Positions 37,634 through 49,211 of a DNA stretch of 64,000 nt are shown piece by piece. Source of the DNA: Phyllosticta citribraziliensis (lineage: Eukaryota); the NCBI RefSeq assembly GCF_038025025.1, contig NW_027117343.1, positions 682,001-746,000 of the forward strand, written 5' to 3'. The notes under the pieces are model-generated. The model searched no databases. It was not told where the DNA came from and saw only the letters and a program-made list of their open reading frames with translations. Both the position numbers and the translations under genes were made by a program. Positions within the stretch are counted from its first letter, which is position 1. Each line of letters starts with the position of its first letter.

Positions 37634-40600
37634 TTAGTCCTCCTGGTACGAAATCTTCCGCATCTCGCCCAGCCTCGACCTAGCAGCATTGAGGGCATTT
37701 TCGAGTTGGAGAATTTCGACCTAAAAAGCAGCCAGCGTTAGCATTCGCGGTCGAAGAGGACAAGGGAAAAGGGGAGGACATACCTGCTGCTCCATCTCGC
37801 GGACCTTGAACTCGTGACCAGACAACTTGGCATAATCGACAGCCTCCTCGCCGCCATTGTTCCTCTCCTGGATAATCTGCTGCACCTGCCTGACCAACGC
37901 CCGACACGCCGCCGTGACGGCCTTGGACGCCGCCTCGAGGCGGTCCTGCGTCTTGGACATGAAGCTGGCCTTGACGCGGCTGGCGGCGACGAGCTGCGCC
38001 GTGCTGGCTGCCACGTCGTTGGACGCGACAATGAGCTGCTCGGGAGAGTTGCGGCCAGAGATGACGCCGTCGGCCGTTTCGATGAGCATATTGGTCGACG
38101 TGGCGACGGCTTTGGCCGCCGAAATGAGTCCCTCGGTCCAGCGGTTGTTCTTCTTGTAAAAGGCAGTGCGGGATGACGTTCCCTTGCCCTCGCGCACGAT
38201 TTCCTGTTGCGATTCGGTCGCGGCTTTGATAAGGCGTGCGATGGCGTTGGTGACTTCGATAGCGGCACCGAGGATGGCATCGTGGATGCGGAGCTCGTAC
38301 GTCGAGTAGCTGTCGCGAGACTTTTCCTTGAGCCTAGTGAGGCGCTCTGTTGCTGCGAGGATAGCGTTGGCAGCATTGGACATCTCCCGGTCGACGAGAT
38401 CGCCCAAGTCGCCCTGGTTGTTGGTAATCTTGGTCTTTGGTGCAAAGGCGTCGGCAATCTTGGAGAGCTTTTGGAGGTTGAGCTGGACTTCGCTGTTGCC
38501 GTTCAGGACAACGTCCGTCTTTTGCAAATCCTCCATTCCATCGAGGCGGAACGACTGCAACGAACGGAAAAAGTTGACAGTGGATTCGGCAGCGTGCCTT
38601 GCGGCAAAAATTAGTTGATCGGCCTTCTTCTCGTCAGACGCAAATCTGGTCAGTCCCTTGGTGTTGCTGAGGACATCGGCAATCGCCCCAGAAAAGTTGT
38701 TAACTGTTCGAATAATCTCCGCGTGCGTGCTGTTGGGTCCATCTGCAATGAAGTTGTTGAAGGCTGTAGAAAACTCCATGGCGCACGAAGAAGCTTTCTC
38801 GATCTGCGACAAGACATACGCTCCAGTGGCATTCTGGTTACCAGCCTGCATCGACGATTCGAGCTCATACAAAGAGTCGTCAACTCGTTGGATTCCACTC
38901 TGAAGGACCGAATCAATCATGTCGTTGATCTTGCGCAGATTATCCAGAATGACGGTGTCAATGACGCCGTCCGTGGCATGGTCGGTCTCGTTTTGGTTCA
39001 TCTTGAGCTCGTTGAGCTCCAACAGCGTCTGATCCATGCCAGCCTTGAAGATTTCCAGCTCGTCCTCCTTTTCGCGCAGCTGGCGCTCAAGGTCAGAGTC
39101 GCCCTCTCTGAACTTCATCGACATGTCGTCGAGCTGGCGCGTCTTGTTGCGCAGAGCCTCTTCGAGATCCGCAATCTCACGGTTATGCCTAGAGAGCATT
39201 GCAGACAATTCGGAGCCCTTTCCACGCTCTGCCTGATCTGCCCTGTCCTGAGCAAGTCTGAGCTCGCGCTTGAGCGTCTCGACTTCGTCCTTGTGGCCGC
39301 CCTGGACTCTGTCCTTGTCATGCAGTGCACGATCGCGCTCGCGAATCATGTCCGCAAGCTCCAAGTTCTTGGTCTTGAGCTCCCGCTGGAGCTTCTCGCG
39401 CTGATCAATGGCTTCTTGAGCCGAAGACGCCTTGAGTTGGACCGATTTGAACTTTTGGAGCAATTCCAGATGCTCGTGACGCAACTGCGAATAGAGCTTC
39501 GCCAACGCCTCGTACTTGCTACGCCAGGTGTTTAGTTGCTCCTGCAGAGCGCGAATCTGGTCGTCCTTTGATTGAGACTGCTGCGTAAAGTTTGCCGAGA
39601 TCTGAGAAAGCTCTCCTTCCAGTGCCTTGACACGTTGATCGTACTGCTGCAACATCAGCTGGTCCTGCTGATACTGCATCCTTGCATTGAGATTCTCGCG
39701 TTCGAGCTCTGCTAGGCGACCTTGGGTTTGTTGGGCGAATTGTTCCCTGGCAAGTTGCTCCTGAGCCAGCCTGGCTTGCTCAGCAGCCATTCTCTGTTGC
39801 TCTTCAAATTGCCTCTGCGCATCCAGCTGCGACTGTTGCTGTTGTCTTTGGGCATCTTCCCATTGTTGTTGCAGTCTACGCTGTTCCGCCTCGTACTCTT
39901 GCTGCTGCCTCTTTTGCTCATCCTTCCAAAATTCGTTGATCGGCTCGGGATCAATCGCGGAGATTTTGTGCGGGGGCTCTTCCTCTTTCTTTGGCCGGGC
40001 GGGCAACGCCGGCTTATCATCATCTTCGGAGAGCAAGTTTGGCGGGTCCTGGGGAAGTTTCGGAACAGTAATCAAAGACGTGAGGTATCTCAGATTGGAG
40101 CACTCGTAGTAAAACTTGACCAGGCGGTAGTGCTGGGCATCGTAACGTCCACGGAGAGGAGACAGGGCCTCGTCGTCGCCTAGCGTCGTGTGCATGGCGC
40201 GCAGCATGCTGGTGATGAACTTGTAGATACCATAGCTCTCCTGAACAAGCGGCACCAGCGCCGAAATCCTGCACTCGTTGTTTGTCCCGTTGCGGAAATG
40301 CGAGAAGATGAGCTTTTGGAACGAGTCGATTTGGTCCTGCAACGTCATGAGGTCGGAAATGGTCTCGTAACCCTCGTTCGGATCGTTTGTGGATTTCAGG
40401 CTAATGTACTCCTCGTACTCAAAAGTGCCATTGAACTCGGGGTGCTGGCGGTGGAAAGCGAGCTTGGCCAAAAGGAAATAGACGTATTCCGAGATGAGGG
40501 GGGCATATCCTGAGTATGTCAAGTCAATCGAATTGTTCACAAACCGAAAAGATGTGTCGCGTGCCCCCTTGGGACCAGGGGTTGTAGTCACGTACCCCTG

Positions 40601-41177
40601 AGGCCCTCTCCTCCAGATACGCCTCTTTGCAAGCTTTCAAGAAAGCCAATGTGCGCCTGAGCCTGTTTGAGAACAATAGGGTGTCCTTCTTGAAGCACTT
40701 TGTGTATCGTAATGAGAGCCTTGAAGGTCTGCACTTCGTCGGCCAAGATGGGCTGCCTGCGTCAAGCATCAGAGCCTGGTCTCTGGGCGAGAGTGTCCAA
40801 ATCAACGCTTACACCTTCATCCCCGCCCAGAACGAGTCGGAGTTCTTGTGGTCCCATGTGTAGACAATGGCGGCGCGCACATGTTTCCCTGGCACGTATC
40901 AATTCGGCTCCGAACGGACGCGAGGAAGCACGAGCTTACGTTTTGGTGCGGTCTCATCTGGAGGGACAAAATGTCAGCAAGCTGGCGGCTGCAGGTGACA
41001 AGACAGTGGTCTCACCTATGCTGGTAGCTTTGCGGATGTTGATGGCAAGCTCCGACTCCTATCCAACATTAGTCTATCGCCTGGTGCGCACCGGCGGCCT
41101 AGGACCTAGACGCAGCTTGTCGACGAAGACCTGGGACATACCTGCTTGCCCATATCCACATTCCGTGAGTTGTACAT
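37634..41177 (-). CDS. SLA2: Endocytic adaptor Sla2/End4 (ANTH domain, coiled coil, talin-like I/LWEQ domain); 6 exons
   Basis: ELAINIRKATSI|DETAPKR|KHVRAAIVYTWDHK, QPILADEVQTFK, FYKKNNRWTEGLISAAKAVA, and KVREMEQQ|VEILQLENAL..YQED*. Confidence 0.96.
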
Positions 41178-41807
41178 GTTGGGCGGCGGAGGCTGCCTGC
41201 GGCGGAGCCAGGCGCAGTACTCGGGGGTGGACGGCGGGGAGGTGACGATCTACAGGCAGCCGGAACGTGTCCACGAAGAGAATTGGGGGACGTCTGTGGA
41301 TTGGTAGTACTGGAAGCGAAGAGAGAGGGTATCAAAGAATGAAGCGACAGGCAGGAAGTGCGGGCGCGAGAGAGGTCCAGATGATGAAGCTCAGCGGTTG
41401 ACTGCGGCCTGGGAGTGCAGTGCAGTGGTCGCCAAGATGCGGCGCCACGGACGTGCGTCAGCTCCTGCTCTCTCTCTCTCTCCATTCACTCGCAGCGATC
41501 CCAATCCATGCCCAAACCCTCCCTCCACTCAATTTCGAGGCAGCCATACACGCTCGTCTCTGTGTGCTTTGCTCCATTCTCTGCACGCTTTCGTGTCCCA
41601 TGACGTCGCTCCCGTCACGCCCGCTTCCAATGAAAAGCTGCTAACCCTCGACAACACCCTTCGAAAATGTGCGTCTGCCCGACAATCATCGCCGCCGACG
41701 CTCCTGATCGGAATATCACCCAACCCAACAATCTCATTGGCTACAAAAAGCTATGGACAGAATGTGAACTTCTCTTTCCTTCCAGCCCGTTCCTCCCATC
41801 CTCCGCC

Positions 41808-43625
41808 TCACGGCGTCATGGTCAAATTCAACGAGTTGCCCGGCACCCGCGGATAGAATTCAAACGTCACGTCAACCGCCTGCTCCGCGCTACTCACGGC
41901 CTGCGCAACCGCCCCCTCGAGTATGACATGGCTGTCGTCCCACGTCCACTGGCTCGAATAGGTCATGCGTCCCTGCTCCAGCGGACCAAACCACTGCGTG
42001 TAGTCGTCGACGAGGATCGACCCGTCTTGCTTGACCGCTCGCACCGCTGCAAGCTTCTTGAGGCCCTTGTACACGATGGGGATCTTGAACTGTCCAGTAC
42101 CCGCCACCTTTGCTGACACTGTGTGGTTTCCGATGCTGGGAGTATCCCACTGCACTGCTTGGATGGTTAGGGGAGCAGCGGCCGAGTCGAACTCGAGGGT
42201 CAGGTTCGCCTTGATCCCCGGCGCGCGGTTGGCAAAGACGGTGGACAGGAAACTCTTCTTGAAAATCACGCTGGAGCCATCGACACTAAAGTCTACGCCC
42301 TCGTTCAAGGCCTGTCCGCCCTTGGTTATACGGCTGATTTGGTTGCCGTTGAAATTGAACGGAATCTTCTGATCGCTCACCGTGGCATTCCCTCTTTGCC
42401 AGATGTACGCTGAACTCGACTGGGTCGTCGTCTGGTTGTCCGTGGTGCTGTCAGCCAGTGCATTCGCAACGCCGGCCGAGGCGCTCATCAGAATATCAAT
42501 CGCCGACTGGTCCCGCCAGACATTCGCATTGCGGTCGAAAAAGTCTTGGCCATTGTCCCAAATGACGGTCGACGTGTTGTACATCTTCGCCGTCGACACC
42601 AAGAAATCAAAGTACTTCCACCGCGCCGCAGTTTCCGTGTTGGTAGTCGAGGCAGCCCACTCGCCGATGAGCACGGGGACATCTGAAAAGTTGGAGCGAA
42701 AGCCAGCAATGTCGGCCTCGAGAGCGTTCTTCTCGTCGTCCGATCCCCAAATCGTCCGTCCCCAGGCAGAGAAGATGAACGAGTACGGTGAGTAATAGTG
42801 GTACTGCAGCGCCCAGGGGTTGCTGTACGTGCCGTTCGGTCGCTGGAACCACTGACTGGTCTTGGCCGCGTCCTCTCCCAGTCCAACAAGCGTGACGACG
42901 CGCTTGCTGTTGAAGCCGCCGGCATCGTTGATTGCCCTGAGGAAAACATCGTTCAGTCGGTTCATTTCCGCGCCGGCCTCCGCCGTCGAGCCCGCCGGCT
43001 CATTGAGCGGCTCAAAAGCAACAAGCTCAGACTTGCAAGCCAACTTGGTCCCGATCTGGTACCAGAGGTTGTAGAACTTGTCCTCGATGGACGAGTAGTT
43101 GGCGGGAGTGTCGAGATTGGCCCAGATCCAGCTGTCGTGGTGCACGTTGACAATGGCGTACAGGTCGCGCTCGGTCACCATGTCGATGACGTCGGAGACG
43201 CGCTGCAGCCATGCTGGATCGACCGTGTAGTCTGGCGCCTGCGTCTTAAAGTGGTACGCATATGTTACTGCAATCGAAGCCATGAGCTCCAGCTTCTATG
43301 CAAAGGAACGCGTCTTGGGTACCAACTCACCGGGAATCCTGACACTGTTGAATCCAGCTTGCTTGATGTGGTCAAATGTCTCAGCAACTACTGGAGCATT
43401 ACCCCAATCCCCCTCGTCCGGCGTCGCGTCGAGAGTGTTCCCCAGGTTCCAGCCCGGGTTCAACGCATCGACGAATTCGGACGCCGAGATGTCCTTGAAA
43501 GACGCCGTTCCATTGCAAGTGGAACTCGAGAGAGCTGGTGTAGTCGAATTGGCGTAAGGGTAAGGCGCAATCGATCTCGCAGAGACTGTGGCCGCTACCA
43601 CGGGGGTAAGGAAGGGCAGTTTCAT
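41808..43625 (-). CDS. Secreted GH5 endoglucanase (subfamily 4-like) with C-terminal Ig-like/X2 and CBM46-like modules; 2 exons
   Basis: Signal peptide MKLPFLTPVVAATVSA, PGWNLGNTLDA, FNSVRIP|VTY, NVHHDSW, acid/base EPLNEP, HYYSPY, nucleophile IGEW, WDNG, and C-terminal FEFYPRVPGN. Confidence 0.9.
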
Positions 43626-45660
43626 GCTGGGTGTAAATGAGCGACGACGACCAGCAGAAACAAGTAATGAACGAATGGATGAATGAACGAGAGGGAGTTT
43701 GAACAGGCAGAAGGTCGCCGATTGTATGATGTACCCAGGCTCGTATGTATACACAATACAGTACAATCCAGACCCACTCCGGTCCACCACACCACACTCA
43801 GGCGACCCTCCCTCTCCTCCGAGTAAACGACAAAACCAACCAGCCCACCCATCAGACGCCTTTCTCACGTCTGCCTCCCAAATCACCACCACCGCACCGA
43901 CCCGTGCACACACTTAAGCTGCTAATCCACCCATACGACCACGAAGAAAGCCCACCAACCACAGCCCCGCAGCCCTACGCACAGTCGCTCGCCTCGCAGC
44001 CTGGCGCACTCCTCCAATAACTTACCGGCGTCGCGAGAGGGAAGCCCGCGTTCGCGTAGGCGCATTTGTGGACCGGCCCGGTTGTTAAGCGCAAATATAG
44101 AGTTATTGCGCCGCGCGCAGGGGTCGTCCCCCGCGTGTGGGGCCAGCTGTTTGGGATAGATGCCGGCTGGGCTGGCAGGCTGTCGGATGGGAGCGAGCGG
44201 GCGGCGCTTGGTTAAAGGGACTCTTAGTGAGAGCGTGAGGTGTTGGCTTTGCTGACTGGGTTGCCCGTGAGAGGATTGATTGAGATGGAGCAGTCTCGAT
44301 GTGAGTGGCGGTAATTCGCGGACGCTTCGACGCAGACTGAGAACGTTTTGCTGTGCATCCGCAACTGCATGTTCGCGAGCATGGATGGAGGCAGCCAGTC
44401 TAAGGATGTACTAGCCCGAGCTCTCGGCCTTGATTGCATATGACGCCATTTTGTAGGTACCTGCAGTAGCTTTCGCGAGGCATACATGTCTGTGTCAATG
44501 TACAGCATGCGCTTGCCAAGAGGGCTGCTTGTATCAAAATACGAGAACTACCTATCAACAGGTGATGGTATGTTGATTTGTATATTCCAGCCAGCGAGGA
44601 CGAGCACGGAAAGGGAATCAAGTAGAAAAGGAGTCTGTACGGTAACGTCAAGCAGAAAGTCTGAAAGCTCCTTCATCTCGACAGACACCCTAGACACGAC
44701 CAGGAAGATTTGCAGACAACGCAGGGCGGCTTACTGCTAGCAACAAGACAGAATTTGACACACGTTCCTCCCATCACACGGCAGCAATCGCTCAAAATAC
44801 ACCATCAGCTACGAAGAGCTTACAGTCTAAAATACTCTCTGTCTCCAGCAGCAGCACCCCCGTCCCATCAACGTCATTTAACACCGCCTCATCTGGGCTG
44901 CCAGTAGCTATGTAGGCAGTCAAGTACAATGAAAATATCCTCTCTAGCCCCGACCACTAGAAACAAACACCATATCTTTCGACCGCAACGACCCTTTATA
45001 GCATTATCATCAACATCAACATCATAAACATCGTCAAGCACCACCTCAGCCACAATATTCAGGAGAAAAGAAAAAACAAGACTTTTGTTTTCAAGAAAAA
45101 GACAATCTCGGACATTATCGCGTGTTGGAAGCGACCCGGACGAAGACCATAGGCAACGACCTTCGCTCGTTTGAAAATAATGTGTAACCTGCCTGACTGC
45201 CTGCTGCTGACTTGTTCGTTTTTTTTTTTTTTAGGTACACTGATTTGAGGTAAGACTAAGCTACCGCTGCCTGCGACGAGGGTGCAAAAAACAGCTAATG
45301 AGAGGAAAAGACCATAAGAAGAAGACGAAAAGGGAAAAGGGAAGAAGAAAGGCTAGAGACTCAGGGGGAGCGACTACGACTACTGCCGAAAGCTAAGAAA
45401 AGAGAAAGAGGCGAAGATGAGCAAGGAAATGAAAAGAGATAGTGAAACCTTGTACTTGCTTCTGTTCGCCGGCCAAACGGAGGGGAAAAAACACCAGACG
45501 CCCAAACCAGAGAAGAGCCGTCGTCTGCTAGTGACGGAGTTGTCGCCCGTCTATCGGCCCAAAAAATATTGTAGGGTCGCGCCATCCATCTCAGGCGAGC
45601 CGTGGCGTATTCGGTCGAAAATTCAGATCCAGATATTGGGTAGGTAGAGTCGATAGTCGT

Positions 45661-47189
45661 TTACTCGGGACGCGGCCGCTTTGCACCGTGGGGATTCCAG
45701 TTGCCCTCGCCGCCGGACTGCTGGTTGAAGAACGCCGGGTTGAAATGCCCTTGTCCTCCGGCGCCGCCGAAACCACCTGTGCTCAAAGTCAGCGAAAAGT
45801 CATACTCGCACCGCGCAAGGAGGGGATGAACTTCGCTGCGACGCCAAGATCCGAGGGTTGTTGGCGGAATTGCGGCCTCGAACAGACTGCTGCTGGCCAC
45901 GAAACCCCAATCCTGGTGTGAATCTTGGCGTAGAAGACGAAGTAGGTCGCGAGGCCATCTTTGCCGACTCCAGCGCGACGTGGAGACGTGCCAACTGAGC
46001 CGGTGTAGAGTTGTACTGACCTGCCATGCCGCCCATGCCCATGTTCATATTTCCGCCCATGCCTCCCATTCCACCCATCATGCCGGGATTCATGCCCATG
46101 CCTCCCATAGGACCCATGCCGCCCATCATGCCTGGGTTCATGCCAGTGTTCATGCCGCCTCTTCCACGGCCGCCCATGCCACCTCGCATGCCTCCCATCA
46201 TGCCACCGCGGTTGAAGTTGCTGTTGAAGCCCATGTTGTTCATGGCCATTGGGTTGCCGCCGAAGCCGCCCATTGGATTTCCGTAGCCACCGGTCGGGCC
46301 CATGCCTCCTCCTCCCATGGGGCTGTTGAATCCACCACGGTTGTATCCCATGCTATTCATGCCTCCGCGGTTGAAGCCGCCGCGGCCGCCGCGGAACCCA
46401 CCACCTGGACTCGAGCCCATGTTCATGTTCGAGTTGCCACCGAAAGATCCTGATGTCGAGCGGTTGTCGCTGCGGTTGCCATCTTTCCGGTTGGGGACGT
46501 CCTTTGGCAGCGTGCGGTAGGGGTTGATGTGACGCGCGTGATAGGATGCACCGTGCTTCTTGGCGTACTGCTGGCCCTGGCCAAAAGATTCAATCGTGCG
46601 TTTAAGAGCAGTCGCAGCTTGCGGGGAGGAGAGCTCAACAAAGCATTGTCTGTTCAGACGTCAGCACAGAAACTAGCCCTTGCGGAAAGATAAGACCATG
46701 CCCTTTGCTTTTGCCATTGACTTTGTGTTCGTTAAATGTGATTTCAACAAGCTCATCCTCACATCCACTCTGGTTCGTCCAGCCGCGAACATCGTCTTCG
46801 TTGGTCCACCAGTGGAGGTCGCTGATCAAGAGCGCGGTCGTGGCGTTTTGGTCTACGGGGCGGTCATCGGCACCTTCCTTGCGCTTGACGCCCTGCGCTA
46901 CAGGTGCTTGCCGAGGTGGTTGGAGCTGATTCTGTGACGAACCACCCGTACTCGAGATTTGTTGAGTTTCGTCTCCATTGGCTTGTTTATTATCACCTTG
47001 TTGAGCGCTTGGGTCTGCTGCCGCGCCATTGGACTTGGAGTCTTCAGTTGCTTGATGGGCGTCCGGCATGGATTCGGTGTGGCTTTCAACGTTGGATTCC
47101 TGTTTGATTTCGGAGTTGTCCTGCTGGAAAGATTCTTGTGGGGCGTCATCGCCGTAAATATCAATATCGAAGTTGTCGTCGTCGGCCAT
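45661..47189 (-). CDS. RRM protein resembling the cleavage factor Im large subunit (CPSF6/CFIm68) with a Gly/Met-rich RGG tail; introns 46650-46701 (GC-AG) and 45777-46020
   Basis: MADDDNFDIDIYGD, LLISDLHWWTNEDD, ITFNEHKVNGKSKG|QCFVEL, NPYRTLPKD, GFRGGRGG, and HFNPAFF..NPHGAKRPRPE*. Confidence 0.82.
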
Positions 47190-48227
47190 TGTGGATGTCG
47201 ATGTGAGAGAAGGTCCGCGATGCCTTGAATTGAGACTTCTTGTTCGTATTAGTTTGTCCTAAGATACTTGATTCTGCTTCGAGGTGCACAGGAAGTACAG
47301 AGAATATGTCTGTAGACGTTGAGGTTTGATCAGCAACGTAAGTACAGAGGGTGGGGACAGCCATGGTCCAGGATCTTTCCTCCGCAGAGAGCCACGGCAT
47401 AGGAGAATTCGGAAGGAGCAAGAGAGCGCGAGAAGGAGAGAAGGATCGAGGTACATGCGGTGTGAAGATGGTCATACGTACACTTCCCAACCGTGCTTTT
47501 GGCAGAAACAAATATCGAAATCGGCTCAATGTGTGTGACAGACTTGTTTCTCCGGTTACCTCTGTGGTAGACGCTGGAGACAGAAAGAGGTGGAGGTGTG
47601 ATGAGTGAAGAGACAGGCCTGATGTTTTGTGATGCGCGGGTCCTCGCGTTCTGAAAGTTACAGGATGGCAGCCCTTGAATCCCGGAAAGACAACGCCAAC
47701 TTCCTCTGCTCGCGTCTTCTGCTTCTCAAATGCGTCCACAAGAACCAAGAGGAGCCGATGGAGACGCGCAGTCCACCTGACACCGCGATCTTCGCGGACG
47801 TTGCCGTAGTCAGTAGAGAGGCGCCGCTGGAAGCTTGGTGCGCCGGAGCTTCGAATGGAGAGTCGAGGACGAGGGTGAAGGTGGAATCAAGCGGAGCTGG
47901 GGAAGCTTCTGGGGACGGTCAGCGAGACGGCCGAGTGGAATTCGAGGAGCCGATGATAGGTACCTGAGCATGTCGTGGCTGATGGGAAGGAGGGAGAGGC
48001 GAGGACGCGGCAGACCTGCGCCGTCAGAGCTCGGCTTAGCGGCTTGGCAGCGATCAGCTGGTGGCGGGCAGGGTTCGAGGTCCCGCGGGCGGCTTCGGTT
48101 CCGCCCGGCAGACGAGCGGCAATCTGGCCTCCCGATCCCCAGACTCAACACCAAGCTCACGTCCAGGTCTCGCTGCAACACTACCTGACTACTCCAACAC
48201 CTCCAGCCCCTCCACTCCGCCGTCACC

Positions 48228-48695
48228 ATGTCCGACCAACTCAAGGAACTCGCCGACGTCCCCAAGGACTTCATCAAGGACGGCACCCTCTTCATCAACA
48301 GGTGCGCTCCCCCTTGACACGCTGCCACTTTTTCAATTTATTTCCAATCGTATGCTGACCTTTTCCCAGGTGCACCAAGCGTGCGTATATTTCCGCAACA
48401 CCCCTTCATGAACTTCTCCTACTCGTTGGCACACCTCCTCAGCCCTTCTCGCGCTCTCCACACGGCCCCCGGCGCCGCAAACAAGCATCCACTAACACCA
48501 TTCGCAGCCGACAAGCGCGAGTTTATCAAGATCTCGCAAGCCGTTGGCATTGGATTCGTCGTCATGGGCGCCATCGGCTACATCGTCAAGCTGGGTAGGG
48601 CTCCACTAACACACAATCCTCCGACCGACCAACAAACTGATCCCACTCTTCCAGTGCACATTCCCGTCAACAACATCCTCGTCGGAGGTGCATGA
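48228..48695 (+). CDS. SSS1: Sec61 translocon gamma subunit; 4 exons including an 11-nt micro-exon (48370-48380)
   Basis: Spliced product [70 protein letters not shown]. Confidence 0.96.
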
Positions 48696-49211
48696 GCATC
48701 CAGCTACTCTGTGGAGCTTTTCCGTGCGGTAATAAAAGCTGTGTGCACCGAGTGGGAAGCGCTGCATTCGGGAAGAAGAGAGATTCGATGATACCATATC
48801 GCTCTGGGAACAGGGCGACATTTGTAAGAAATTATACACGCAACGGGCATGGCGGAGTTGGGAACCAAATGAATTCAAAAGTCACAATACGCCTCCGTTA
48901 TCCCGTGAGATCCTGGCGGAATCTTGGAGCTCACTGTTTGGATTCAATAACCAGCCCCGATTGACCAGATGCAAAGCGCCGATCATTATCCACAACGCTC
49001 TATAAGACCTGAGCGTCCAATTCCACTATTCTTGCTATCCACTGTCTCTTCGTCCCTGGCCCAAACGCCTTGAAAACCCCAGATCCACCCATACACATGA
49101 TCCTCCAGTAATGCTAGCAATTCGAGCCGCCAAACGAAAACCAAAAGGAGAAGCATCCAAACCTGCTCCGTACCGAGAATATCATCAAAATAGTTTCTCC
49201 ACCAGCTCGTC

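Noticed and set aside
48028..48100. tRNA-like A/B boxes (TAGCGGCTTGG..GGTTCGAGGTCC)
   Set aside because: The T-loop spacing is wrong and no acceptor or anticodon stem can be formed.
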